45,617 nt of DNA. Source: Candidatus Poseidoniales archaeon. GTDB taxonomy: Archaea > Thermoplasmatota > Poseidoniia > Poseidoniales > Poseidoniaceae. The notes under the pieces were generated by a model. The model had not been told where the DNA came from. It ran no database searches and saw only the letters and a program-made list of their open reading frames with translations. Of this stretch, positions 1 through 9,845 are shown in pieces. The position numbers and the translations under genes were made by a program. Numbering within the stretch: the first letter of the stretch is position 1; each line of letters opens with the position of its first letter. The DNA lies in the NCBI GenBank assembly GCA_009887195.1, contig QXXX01000073.1, forward strand, positions 68,000-113,616. Direction: 5' to 3'.

Positions 1-1
1 G

Positions 2-1600
2 TTATCATACTCTCCTGATAACAATCAGCGCGCATGGGATTTGGTTGAAACCAATGGCAAAAAGTCATTAAAATTACGGTTATTTTCTACTGAAACATCA
101 GAAGGAGTTCAATATGGAACAAAATCAGGGACTCGTGGCAGAGATATTAGACAACGCTCTGGGCTATCGCTTAGAGCCGGAATAATACCCGAAAAACTGC
201 CAAACAGCAAAAGTTCTGTAGCCATGTCCATGGAATTACCGATCAATACTGAAAGGCACAACAATCAAGCGACAATAAAAAGCGTTGAGAAAGGCGAAGC
301 GCTGTCTTGGGATTCTAGAAATGGAATGATTTCTTACAGTAAATTAAACCTCCAACCAGGTCATAAATCTGCAGAATCTGATACTAGAGGTTGTTCTACA
401 TGGCCAAATCTAGGGGTTCGAATCAACGGCAATATCACTAGCCCAGCCATCGACCCCCGTCCTCTTCCAATGCAACATGATTTAACTCCAACAATCCAAT
501 CTGTCATGGGCCATACTGGAGAAATAATAGCTCCAAAACGCTGGTCTCCATATCGATTACAATCTTGGTTGAAGTGTCCAAGACAAGCTTGGTTGATTGA
601 TTTCTTGAAATTATCAACAGTGGAGACCCAAGACGAGGATATCGACAACAGAACACGAGGATTGTTGATGCATGATATTGAAGCAGAAATATTATCAAAA
701 ATCGGGACGCCTATTCTTGAACAACCGCTAGACAATTCCAGGCCATTATACTTATCAAATTTAGGTGATAAACAGTCTCTTTGGAACACTGCACTTGAAT
801 ATGTTAAGACAGAAAGCCCTTGGATTAATAGGAAAAATGCAGTTTCAGTACATCGCTGTAGGGAATTAATTGGGGTGGGCCCAGAACAACTACAGCAATG
901 TATTAACGGCGAAATCGAACTTGAACCCGGTGGTAAAGTTCACAATTATCTTCAAGCAAGTTTGGCATTAAAACAGTCGGCCGCACTGGTGTGTGAATGG
1001 AAAATAGGGACTGACATGGGCCACCAATTAACCGTTGAAGGCCGAACGGATTCCGGGCAAAGTCAAAGTTTTACGCTATCTGGGCGAGTTGATAGAGTTG
1101 ATGAATTATATCTCCCAGATAGATTAAGCGAAGGACGATTAATCCTAATTAGAGATATGAAAACAGTAAATGGTCCGAAATTAAAAGACCGTGGTGACAG
1201 GCATAGGCGGGCTATCTTTGATGAATTACAACTGGCTCTATACGCCAAGGCTTGGGAGGCTGCCTATCCAAAAGATCGAGTTATTGGGGTGGGCATTACC
1301 GAGGTTGGAGAAGATACTCAGTATTATGTTGAATTAGATACAGACTTTATCGGTTTAGTCGATGAACAAAGCATTGGTAATATCACCACTTACACCAGCA
1401 ATACTTATCGGGACAAACAGGAACAATCTCCCAATCAAAGTAACGGTTTCAGGGCATGGTTAGATGAGAGATTAACCACCGCAATTCGAGTAATAAATAG
1501 TGCCAACTCAGGCAAGGCGAACCCAACGGTCAGTAACAATTGCAATTATTGTAAAGTCCGCAGAATGTGCCCAACTTCCTCTTTGGAGGCGGAGTCATGA
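2..1600 (+). CDS. AddB-like PD-(D/E)XK nuclease subunit with Fe-S cluster cysteines (5'-truncated at window edge)
   Basis: Frame is open from position 2 (TTA TCA TAC...), so the ORF-track start at 41 is not the real start. The C-terminal domain has WSPYRLQSWLKCPRQ, RGLLMH, SGRVDRVD, IRDMKT, LQLALYA and CNYCKVRRMC, i.e. a 1+3 Cys Fe-S staple around a RecB-family nuclease. Its TGA overlaps the next ATG (ATGA at 1597-1600). Confidence 0.85.
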   Translation, partial: LSYSPDNNQRAWDLVETNGKKSLKLRLFSTETSEGVQYGTKSGTRGRDIRQRSGLSLRAGIIPEKLPNSKSSVAMSMELPINTERHNNQATIKSVEKGEALSWDSRNGMISYSKLNLQPGHKSAESDTRGCSTWPNLGVRINGNITSPAIDPRPLPMQHDLTPTIQSVMGHTGEIIAPKRWSPYRLQSWLKCPRQAWLIDFLKLSTVETQDEDIDNRTRGLLMHDIEAEILSKIGTPILEQPLDNSRPLYLSNLGDKQSLWNTALEYVKTESPWINRKNAVSVHRCRELIGVGPEQLQQCINGEIELEPGGKVHNYLQASLALKQSAALVCEWKIGTDMGHQLTVEGRTDSGQSQSFTLSGRVDRVDELYLPDRLSEGRLILIRDMKTVNGPKLKDRGDRHRRAIFDELQLALYAKAWEAAYPKDRVIGVGITEVGEDTQYYVELDTDFIGLVDEQSIGNITTYTSNTYRDKQEQSPNQSNGFRAWLDERLTTAIRVINSANSGKANPTVSNNCNYCKVRRMCPTSSLEAES

Positions 1601-4600
1601 GTTTTCCCTTCAATAACAGTCAGCTGATGGGCTTAGATTTAGACAAACATATTGCGATTGATGCCGGTGCGGGGACTGGAAAAACTACCGTAATGGCTGA
1701 ACGATATGTTCAACATCTACTCGCTCAGCATCAAAGGGCCAAAGAATTACTACCAAACGGGCCAAGAACGCCTTTACAAGGTCACGGCTCGCTAAGAGCA
1801 CCGGCCCGAGAAAGGACGGGTCTTGTTGAGTGGAAAGGTCTCTTACCCAGTGAAGTTGTAGCGATTACCTTTACTCGAAAAGCCGCTGCAGAATTACGCA
1901 GCCGAATTAGAAGTAGGCTAAGTAAGACCGATATCAACCTACACTCGATTAATTCTGGCGACGTTGAAATGCTACTTACCAGTCTTGAAGACGCTCCAAT
2001 ATCAACAATTGATGCATTTCTCGCCAAACTAGTCACTCCATATCTCGATATTCTATCAGCTCAACCAGCCGGTCAGCAAATCTCAGAAGTACGCTCTCCA
2101 ATGCTAATTTCGGAAACCATAAACTCTGCTTGGCGTATCAGAACAAATATTGATGCAGAAGAAGCGGGGGTACGAGGTGATCCTTACGGTTTTGTTGAAT
2201 CAAGGAATAATTTAGCAATATTGCTAGGGGGGCAGAGTAACGCGGAAACGGTTTTGTCTGGCTTACTAAACACCTCATTATTTGTCGAAGAAACCAAGCG
2301 TTCTCTTAGTGAAAAATCTAAGGCAAAAGGAATTTCATGGGATGATTCAAGATTATTGGAGCCAGACATAATTCTTGATATGATTGGCGAGCCTGCAGCT
2401 GAGTTTATTGAGTCTTTCAATAACCAAATTAGGGACTTATTAAACCAATACATCGACCTTTACATGGAGCATTACAGTAGTTACGTTTTAGACTGCGAGT
2501 CTAAAATTGAAACAGATAAAACTAGATTTAACCAATTAGTCGAATTAGTTAGAAATACCTTCCCAGATGACAATATTGGCAAACTCCAATGGGGTTGGTT
2601 AGTGGTAGTTTGTTGTACTTCTAACTCTTCATTAGACACTGACAAGCCATCTCATTTCCCACGTGGAAAATTGCCCAATGCAGATAATTGGCACCCCGGA
2701 ATTCATACTAACAAAGGAAATGTTGTTGGCCCATCCACTAAACAAAAGAGTGCAATTAGTGCACAATCAACCGCACTAGCAAATCAAATCAAAGTTCTAC
2801 TCAACAGTAATTATGGGAGATTAGCAAAAATACTTGGCCGCAGTTCCTACACTTTCGACCCAAGAATAGACATGCCGTATTTGCCAGATTATAGCACTAT
2901 TAATTATGCGGACTTAGGGGTTGAATTATCTCCTTCCCCACCAATAGGTAGGTTGAGAATATCCAAAGAATTACAATTACAGGTACTCAAAGATTTACTG
3001 AAAGTCCACCGCGGCTGTCAAGAGATTCTTACTCTACGAAAAATGCAAGAAGGAGTTCATGATTTTGATGATATTCAGCGGCTTGCTGCTGATTTACTCC
3101 TGGCCCGTTGCCCCGACATAATTCGTTATGAGTATCCAACAGAAATGGTCGACTTACTTGATGATCTTGGGGATGAACCTTGGAGAGACAGCCACATTGC
3201 AAGGGTGCGGGCAGTACTGCCAAAGTATCCAAAATGGGCTGAAGATTTTGAACGTAGAGTGACCATTTTACAAACAATCAGACAACAATATCTAGCTTTT
3301 ATTATTGATGAATATCAAGATACCAATCCAGCCCATTTCAGGCTATTAGCTAGGCTGTGGGGCTCTAGAGATTTTGATAAAAAGTCGGATTACCATGGCC
3401 CGTGGGACCCAACTGTATGTGTTGTTGGGGATATGAAGCAGAGCATCTATCGGTTTAGACAAGCTGAAGTTACAGTAATGCGTAGAACGGTTGAGTACAT
3501 CAAGCAGATGAATACAATTGAATTTGCTAATACTGAATTTGAATTTAGAGATACTAGTAAAGCTCGCGACCCAAGGCCAATTTTAGGCCAAGACTTGTTT
3601 AAGTCAGGTCCAGGTTTGAAAGATTTGCCTAAGGGGTCAAGAAAGTGGAGGCATCTAGAAATCTATGCTGATGATAATGGTCAAATTATCGCGGAAGACA
3701 GAAAAGAAAGTCGTCGGTTAGGGCATATTGATTTAACCTCAAACCATCGGACTGCTCATGACTTGTTACGCACATTGAATCAAATGTTTACCGATGTTTT
3801 TGACCAACGCCACCAAAGTTTGCCCGGAGATTGGCACGCCGAAGCGCAAAGCCTAATCGCCAATAAAAAAGATACCCCAAACGGAAAATTAGAATGGTTA
3901 ATGCCAATGCAATTAGATAATTCATCATCTCAGCCAAACAATAAATTGTTTTCTGACCCCAACCCAAAAGCCATTCATTTGGAACATGAAATGATTGCAC
4001 TGCGCCTGCAAAATCTCATCCAAGGCAAAGCATGTAAGTTGTGGAATTCGGCTAAACGAGAATACACGATTTTGGAAAAGCCAACAGATTTAGTTGAACC
4101 AAATGATGTAACTATATTGGTCCATACTAGAAAACACATCGCTGATTTAATCCAACGTCTGCAATCTCGAGGAATACCAGTCGTATCCGACCGGCAAGGG
4201 CGCCTGCTTGGCCAACCGATAGTCAAAAACCTCATGTCTGCCTTAGACCTCATTGCCCACCCACAGTCAAAATATGCCGCAGCATCATTGGCCAAAACAC
4301 CAATCATCGGTTTTACCGATAAGGAACTTCACCGATTTTTTAGCACTAGAGTTGAATCAAATAACTGGTGGCATGACATGGCTGAGTGGACCGATAATAA
4401 AGCTACTAAAAATCTACTTAAGCACTGTAGTGGTCAATTAATTGGTACCAACGTCCACCAAATATTAAATGAGATTCTTGACAATTCAGATTTGTTATAC
4501 GCCTATCCGGATGACTCGTCACGGCAAAATGCCGAATTATGGTGCGGTTTAGTACATGATATAGGTAAAGAATGCGGGCATAATCCAGCAGAGATTTATG

Positions 4601-6429
4601 CACAGATGCAAATACTGGATAGTTTGGGCAGAAAAGGTCCACAAGCAACGACTATTCCATCATCTGGAGCGGTTAAAATAATGACAGTTCATGGTGCAAA
4701 AGGACTAGAATCAAAGGTCATTGTGGTATCGGGTATTTTTCAAGCTGGGCAATATGATTCATCGATTACCGCTAAAGATAACGTACTAGTTACTCCAAAA
4801 ATAATTTCAGGTCGAATAAACCCCTGGTCTTCCATAGATCGCCCTGAGGATGGGCTATGGCAGTTTGCCAAGAGCATTGATGGCGCCCAAAGCCAAGCAG
4901 AACGCAGAAGAGAATTCTATGTGGCTTTGACTAGAGTTGAAAATCATCTTATCATAGTAGGCAACTCAACAAATTCAGGAGCCCTTTGTGAATCTACTGG
5001 AATGCTTGAATTCACCAGCAAACCATCTGAGAAAACCATGGGCCACATGTGGATGGAAGGTCTTAGATATTTAGCGTATTCAAATGAGATTATCGATTCA
5101 CCATGGTTAAATGAAGGCGATATTATTGGGCATTCGCTTGCTAATTATGGCAAAAAGCAATTGGTGATAGATCCATTTAGCCTATACTTTAATGCCCAAC
5201 TTGGCAGTGATAATATCAGATCGATTGCTATCTTTGACTCGCCAAATTGCTTCATTGATGACAAACCAACAGATGCAGTAACCAGATGGAAGATAATGGA
5301 GAACATAATCGATGACGGCAAAACTTCACCGTCAAAGCCATACAAGGTTAATTCAGTTAACCATATTCTTCGACTCGGTGCTAATACTTTGGATACCAGC
5401 GTAAAATGCCGACATAATCACTGGCCCAATAATTTAGCAGAATGGAATAATAATCGATTATCACAGTTGCTAGAGAGGCCTAAACCTAAACCAGCTAAGG
5501 CCAGTAATTACCCAAGTCCAGTTGAGTTTGGTTTAATGATGCATAGGTTGGTTGAAATCAGCCTAGATAATCCAAGTAAGTACAACTCGCCCCCAGTGTT
5601 ACCACTGCCAAGTAGTTGGTTGAATATGCCAGATAATAAATTAACAGACCTGGCTTCTGCAGAACTGGTGATGAGTGAATTTGGCATCAACAAGGGAGAT
5701 AGTTCGCCAACAAAGTTATTCAATTACACTCGTAAAAGAATGCATCAAATCGCTCAACTTATCGATCGCGGGTTGACCGGAATATATGCATCAGGAGGGT
5801 CAAAGCATATGCGTACAGCAGAGGGGCTAAGGACTGAATTGCCGTTCCTATACAATCATGAGGCTAAATTGAATAACTCATCACGCAAGGTACTTCGCGA
5901 CTGTGAAATTCATGACAGCACCATAGTTACTAATACCAGTATTTTGTTTGAAGGTAGGGCAGATTTAGTCATGGCTTATTCTGATGACGAGGGTCGCGGA
6001 TCTCTACAAGTTGTCGACATGAAAACAACTGGTTGTTTATTTGGTTTCAATCATGAAAATCCAAGTCAAGGAACTGCATTACAACAATTTTCAGGTGATT
6101 TACACGGGCAGTATCCAAGTACCGAATCAGAGAAAGAAATATTACAGAAATATCAGTATCAATTAACACTATATTCCACAGCATTGGAAGCCATAGAGGA
6201 GGAAAAGCCGGCAGCAGAGCGAAGAATAATTTTACCCCCAGCACTATTGATTGCCGCTTCTGGAAGGACGATTGAAATGACTCAAGAAGGGTATGAGCAG
6301 TGTAAAAGTGAGTTGGCAGAACAACTGTCATGGATAGCCGAACTCGCTGCTCAACCATCCGATACAACCGACTCATCGCGAATGAGTTTCGAACATGCGA
6401 TGTCTTGTTGGAATGGCGAAATGCAGTGA
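1597..6429 (+). CDS. AddA-like UvrD/REP superfamily 1 helicase with C-terminal PD-(D/E)XK nuclease
   Basis: Helicase motifs AGAGTGKT (I), ITFTRKAAAEL (Ia), STIDAF, IIDEYQDTN (II), VGDMKQSIYRFRQA (III), MTVHGAKGLE (V) and ERRREFYVALTR (VI). Nuclease motifs TELPF, EGRADLV, VVDMKT and QLTLY. Start placed at ATG 1597 (GGAG upstream, ATGA coupling); ORF track gives 1567. Confidence 0.9.
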   Translation: MSFPFNNSQLMGLDLDKHIAIDAGAGTGKTTVMAERYVQHLLAQHQRAKELLPNGPRTPLQGHGSLRAPARERTGLVEWKGLLPSEVVAITFTRKAAAELRSRIRSRLSKTDINLHSINSGDVEMLLTSLEDAPISTIDAFLAKLVTPYLDILSAQPAGQQISEVRSPMLISETINSAWRIRTNIDAEEAGVRGDPYGFVESRNNLAILLGGQSNAETVLSGLLNTSLFVEETKRSLSEKSKAKGISWDDSRLLEPDIILDMIGEPAAEFIESFNNQIRDLLNQYIDLYMEHYSSYVLDCESKIETDKTRFNQLVELVRNTFPDDNIGKLQWGWLVVVCCTSNSSLDTDKPSHFPRGKLPNADNWHPGIHTNKGNVVGPSTKQKSAISAQSTALANQIKVLLNSNYGRLAKILGRSSYTFDPRIDMPYLPDYSTINYADLGVELSPSPPIGRLRISKELQLQVLKDLLKVHRGCQEILTLRKMQEGVHDFDDIQRLAADLLLARCPDIIRYEYPTEMVDLLDDLGDEPWRDSHIARVRAVLPKYPKWAEDFERRVTILQTIRQQYLAFIIDEYQDTNPAHFRLLARLWGSRDFDKKSDYHGPWDPTVCVVGDMKQSIYRFRQAEVTVMRRTVEYIKQMNTIEFANTEFEFRDTSKARDPRPILGQDLFKSGPGLKDLPKGSRKWRHLEIYADDNGQIIAEDRKESRRLGHIDLTSNHRTAHDLLRTLNQMFTDVFDQRHQSLPGDWHAEAQSLIANKKDTPNGKLEWLMPMQLDNSSSQPNNKLFSDPNPKAIHLEHEMIALRLQNLIQGKACKLWNSAKREYTILEKPTDLVEPNDVTILVHTRKHIADLIQRLQSRGIPVVSDRQGRLLGQPIVKNLMSALDLIAHPQSKYAAASLAKTPIIGFTDKELHRFFSTRVESNNWWHDMAEWTDNKATKNLLKHCSGQLIGTNVHQILNEILDNSDLLYAYPDDSSRQNAELWCGLVHDIGKECGHNPAEIYAQMQILDSLGRKGPQATTIPSSGAVKIMTVHGAKGLESKVIVVSGIFQAGQYDSSITAKDNVLVTPKIISGRINPWSSIDRPEDGLWQFAKSIDGAQSQAERRREFYVALTRVENHLIIVGNSTNSGALCESTGMLEFTSKPSEKTMGHMWMEGLRYLAYSNEIIDSPWLNEGDIIGHSLANYGKKQLVIDPFSLYFNAQLGSDNIRSIAIFDSPNCFIDDKPTDAVTRWKIMENIIDDGKTSPSKPYKVNSVNHILRLGANTLDTSVKCRHNHWPNNLAEWNNNRLSQLLERPKPKPAKASNYPSPVEFGLMMHRLVEISLDNPSKYNSPPVLPLPSSWLNMPDNKLTDLASAELVMSEFGINKGDSSPTKLFNYTRKRMHQIAQLIDRGLTGIYASGGSKHMRTAEGLRTELPFLYNHEAKLNNSSRKVLRDCEIHDSTIVTNTSILFEGRADLVMAYSDDEGRGSLQVVDMKTTGCLFGFNHENPSQGTALQQFSGDLHGQYPSTESEKEILQKYQYQLTLYSTALEAIEEEKPAAERRIILPPALLIAASGRTIEMTQEGYEQCKSELAEQLSWIAELAAQPSDTTDSSRMSFEHAMSCWNGEMQ

Positions 6430-6435
6430 AAACAG

Positions 6436-7056
6436 CTAAGATTTCTGCCCAACAAAAACTAAAGTGACTCCCTCTTCTCCACCAGCAACCCAATGCTCTA
6501 CTTTATTGAAACCAGCCTTATTCCAAGCGGTCTCCCATTGACTGATGGTCCTTGTTGCCATATTTACTCCAACATGTTCTGGCCACGATAAACTATCTTC
6601 ATTTTCCATGTAATGGTCAATACCAATTACTGCCCAGCCGCCTTCTTTCAACCAATTATCATGAAATAGTTGTAGCATCTGCTCTGGCTCGTCTAAGTAA
6701 TATAGGAATTCCATTGAATGAATATAGTCAAATTTTGTTGTTGGTGAATAATCTGGCAATCTAGCACAGATGTATTGGTTGTCATCATCAATGGATTTGG
6801 CTTTGTCAATCATCGCTTTAGCACCGTCGATGCCAACTACCTGTTGGCACAGAGGGTTATCGGCTAAAATCCTAACAACCCATCCGTTGCCACATCCGAC
6901 ATCTACTGCAGAGAAATTAGAGTTGCGCTGTTCGGATTTAACTGAAATAAAATCAACCATTTCGGCCACAGACAGTGCATGACCTCGCTCCATCCCCTCA
7001 TCCTTTCCTCGTACAGCCCAATCATGAAAAACATCAGTTGCCGGTCTTCTCTCCAT
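6436..7056 (-). CDS. Class I SAM-dependent methyltransferase
   Basis: VDVGCGNGW motif I, GIDGAKAMI, FDYIHSMEFLYY. ATG at 7056 is preceded by AGGAGG; ORF track extends to 7077. Confidence 0.88.
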   Translation of the reverse strand: MERRPATDVFHDWAVRGKDEGMERGHALSVAEMVDFISVKSEQRNSNFSAVDVGCGNGWVVRILADNPLCQQVVGIDGAKAMIDKAKSIDDDNQYICARLPDYSPTTKFDYIHSMEFLYYLDEPEQMLQLFHDNWLKEGGWAVIGIDHYMENEDSLSWPEHVGVNMATRTISQWETAWNKAGFNKVEHWVAGGEEGVTLVFVGQKS

Positions 7057-7135
7057 ATTTCCTCCTGTTAGACTCACTCAATAAATCGTGTCATCCATCA
7101 AAAAACATTACCAACTGAGAGCCTAAAGTCCGTAC

Positions 7136-8092
7136 ATGGGCGATAAATCATCATTAGGCAAAGTATTGTATCCAAAAACCTCACCACATGCTACTGGAAT
7201 GCTTCAAGTTTCCAGCCTGCACACAATCTTTTGGGAGCGTAGCGGTAATCCTTTGGGAGAATCTGTGATCGTCATCCATGGCGGTCCTGGGGGTGGCTCT
7301 CAACCAGCCTACCGTCAATACTTCAGTCCAGAAAAATTCGACATAATACAATTTGATCAAAGAGGATGTGGTAAATCTACCCCCTATGCAGAATTACAAG
7401 AAAATAATACGCATAATTCTGTTGCAGATATCGAGGCATTAAGAGAACATTTAGGAATTGACTCTTGGCATGTATTTGGGGGTTCTTGGGGCTCAACATT
7501 AGCACTGATATATGCACAAAACCATCCAAAGCGGGCTCAAAGTTTGATCCTGCGGGGGATATTCATGTGTCGTAAAAGTGAGTTGCAGTGGTTCTATCAG
7601 CAAGGGGCAAGTCACGTATTCCCCGATGCCTTTGAACCATATTCACAACACATTCCGATTGAAGAAAGACACGATTTAATCACCGCTTACTATCAAAGAC
7701 TGACTCATGAAGATGTTGAGATTAGAAGAGCGGCTGCTAAAGAATGGACTCGATGGGAAATGGCAACCAGCCGTTTATTGCCTGACCCAGAATATTTAGA
7801 AAAAGCGGAAGATCTAGATTTTGCAGTAGCATTTGCTAGGATTGAATGTCATTATTTCATCAATGGAATATTTGTCGAAGATGGCCACATCCTCAATAAT
7901 GTCGAGAAGATTAAGCACATTCCAACCACCATTGTGCAAGGTCGTTATGACATGGTATGCCCAACTATTAGTGCATGGGAATTACATAAAGCATTACCAG
8001 AAAGCAAATTAATCATTGTCCCAGATGCTGGACATTCAATGGGGGAGGCCAGCATTGCCCGAGAATTAGTCAATGCAACTGATAACATTTAG
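7136..8092 (+). CDS. pip: Proline iminopeptidase (prolyl aminopeptidase, S33)
   Basis: HGGPGGG, FDQRGCGKS, nucleophile motif GGSWGS, LRGIF, QGRYD, DAGHS. Confidence 0.95.
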   Translation: MGDKSSLGKVLYPKTSPHATGMLQVSSLHTIFWERSGNPLGESVIVIHGGPGGGSQPAYRQYFSPEKFDIIQFDQRGCGKSTPYAELQENNTHNSVADIEALREHLGIDSWHVFGGSWGSTLALIYAQNHPKRAQSLILRGIFMCRKSELQWFYQQGASHVFPDAFEPYSQHIPIEERHDLITAYYQRLTHEDVEIRRAAAKEWTRWEMATSRLLPDPEYLEKAEDLDFAVAFARIECHYFINGIFVEDGHILNNVEKIKHIPTTIVQGRYDMVCPTISAWELHKALPESKLIIVPDAGHSMGEASIARELVNATDNI

Positions 8093-8166
8093 CGGGCTAG
8101 TAAAACGCTAAACTTGAACTATTGAAGCGTTCCTTTGATATGGTGTGTATGGGTGGGGGTTAATGA

Positions 8167-8186
8167 AGAGGATATCCTCTAGGTGA
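8167..8186 (+). promoter_or_regulatory. Perfect 14-bp palindrome AGAGGATATCCTCT abutting a Shine-Dalgarno AGGTGA
   Basis: 8167-8180 is a perfect palindrome. AGGTGA at 8181-8186 ends 4 nt before ATG 8191. Function is inferred. Confidence 0.5.
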
Positions 8187-8190
8187 TTGC

Positions 8191-8982
8191 ATGGCGGATG
8201 AAGGAACAATAACCCCAGAGATTCGAATTAGCCAACTTGAAGACTCGCTTGCTACTGAAACCGAGAGGCTTCAGAAACTATTCGCAGCATATGAAGGCCA
8301 AGAAAAAGATTTACTCGATGTTAGAGCTGAAAATGAAGTTCTGGAAAAAGAGATTATTGAAAGAGAAATCGAGAAAGAGGCCCAAGAATCCCTGATCGCT
8401 GAAAAAGATTTCAGAATCAGAGACTTAGAAATGAAGGCTACTAAGGCTGACAAGCGTGTTGAACACTTAGAGCCAGAACTTGAAAAGATGGAAGAGAAAT
8501 ACTCTCGAGAAAAAGACCGTCTAGGCAAGATATTCAACATTGCAACAGAGCTTGATGACGATTTGAAGCTAGCAGTTACTGAAATGAAGGCTAGAGATGA
8601 TTGGTATGTATCCCACATGACCCTGTTCGAAGACCTCAATAAGGCAATCAAAGAGCGTTACGAGATGATTGAGCGAGCAGTTGAGTCGGAGAGAAAATCA
8701 CAGCATATGGGAAGAGCAATTGAAGACAGAGTCGAAGAAATGGTTACCGCAAGAGCGGCTGAAATGACAATCGATGAAGCAGAGGGTTCTGCTACTGGAG
8801 CAAAGTCAGAGGAGGCCGAGGCCCCCGCCGAGGATGAGCCAGTAGCCGAGAAGTCAGAAAACGAAAGTGAAGCAGCAGTAGAAGATTCCACAACCGAATC
8901 AACTGAGGCAGCGGAACAACCCGACGTTACTCCAGCAACTACAACTTGGGCAGACGATGAAGATCCTTGGGCAGATAACTAG
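8191..8982 (+). CDS. Hypothetical long coiled-coil protein with acidic disordered tail
   Basis: E/K/L-rich heptad pattern over about 190 aa, then an E/A/T-rich tail ending WADDEDPWADN. Strong SD upstream. Confidence 0.8.
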   Translation: MADEGTITPEIRISQLEDSLATETERLQKLFAAYEGQEKDLLDVRAENEVLEKEIIEREIEKEAQESLIAEKDFRIRDLEMKATKADKRVEHLEPELEKMEEKYSREKDRLGKIFNIATELDDDLKLAVTEMKARDDWYVSHMTLFEDLNKAIKERYEMIERAVESERKSQHMGRAIEDRVEEMVTARAAEMTIDEAEGSATGAKSEEAEAPAEDEPVAEKSENESEAAVEDSTTESTEAAEQPDVTPATTTWADDEDPWADN

Positions 8983-8992
8983 GTGATGCACC

Positions 8993-9841
8993 ATGGGCGG
9001 CCTAGCTAGGGGCGGTCATGCCCCGGTTTTGATAACCTTCATGATGGGGTCAAGTGCGATAATTATCGGCATCCTAATAGATTCATTAAACGGCTTAATT
9101 CACTTGTTTGGCGTACTATGCTGGATGATGGCGGCCTTTTTCGCTAACTTTTGGCGAGATCCAGACCGAAAAATACCCAAAGACGAGGGAATACTTGTCT
9201 CACCAGCAGATGGCCATGTAATGTTTGTAAGAAGAGAGCGAGCAACAGGTAGGAGACCTTCAAGCGGGGAGATGGGCAGCGACAGAATAGAATCTGACAA
9301 ATTAACTGGTCCATGGTATCCAGAACCAATTGAACAACCGCTATCATTTGCGACAGAGCAGCGCTTTGAATCTGTACCGGCTGGCGAAGAATCAGAAAAT
9401 GATGTATATCGCGTGGCTATTTTCATGTCGCCTCTCGATGTTCATGTCAACCGTTCACCATGTTCGGGAGTTATTGAAAGAATGGAACATAGAACTGGTC
9501 AAGGCCGTCGTAGAGGCCCATTCTTACCGGCCATGAAAAAGGAAAGCGAGCATAATGAGCGTGTTAGAACAGTCATACTTGCTGAGGGAGCCTACAGAAT
9601 TGAAGTTTGCCAAATATCAGGGGCGCTAGCTAGAACTATTGTGCCATGGACTGGAATAGATGATAAATTAAGACGAGGCCAGCGGTATGGGATGATACGG
9701 TTAGGTTCTAGAGTTGATGTTAGAGTGCCGGCTAAATTGTTCACTCCGTCCGTAGAATCGGCTGAGTCTGGTAATCCAGAGTATCCAAAAGGTCAGTTTG
9801 TCCAAGCGGGCTCAAGTATTCTATTCAACCCAGTGATGTGA
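8993..9841 (+). CDS. psd: Phosphatidylserine/archaetidylserine decarboxylase proenzyme
   Basis: N-terminal TM segments, FWRDPDR, SPADG, IFMSPLDVHVNRSP, QISGALAR, and the self-cleavage site GMIRLGSRVD. SD AGGTGA at 8981-8986 overlaps the upstream stop. Confidence 0.9.
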   Translation: MGGLARGGHAPVLITFMMGSSAIIIGILIDSLNGLIHLFGVLCWMMAAFFANFWRDPDRKIPKDEGILVSPADGHVMFVRRERATGRRPSSGEMGSDRIESDKLTGPWYPEPIEQPLSFATEQRFESVPAGEESENDVYRVAIFMSPLDVHVNRSPCSGVIERMEHRTGQGRRRGPFLPAMKKESEHNERVRTVILAEGAYRIEVCQISGALARTIVPWTGIDDKLRRGQRYGMIRLGSRVDVRVPAKLFTPSVESAESGNPEYPKGQFVQAGSSILFNPVM

Positions 9842-9845
9842 TTAG

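Noticed and set aside
540-1600. Cas4-like nuclease suggesting a CRISPR-Cas locus
   Set aside because: The Fe-S PD-(D/E)XK domain is the C-terminus of a larger protein coupled to a UvrD helicase (AddB-like). No cas1/cas2 genes or repeat-spacer array were seen.
361-6493. Short antisense or alternative-frame ORFs within the helicase-nuclease genes, and similar ones elsewhere in the track
   Set aside because: They overlap motif-supported genes and show no SD, motif or compositional support.
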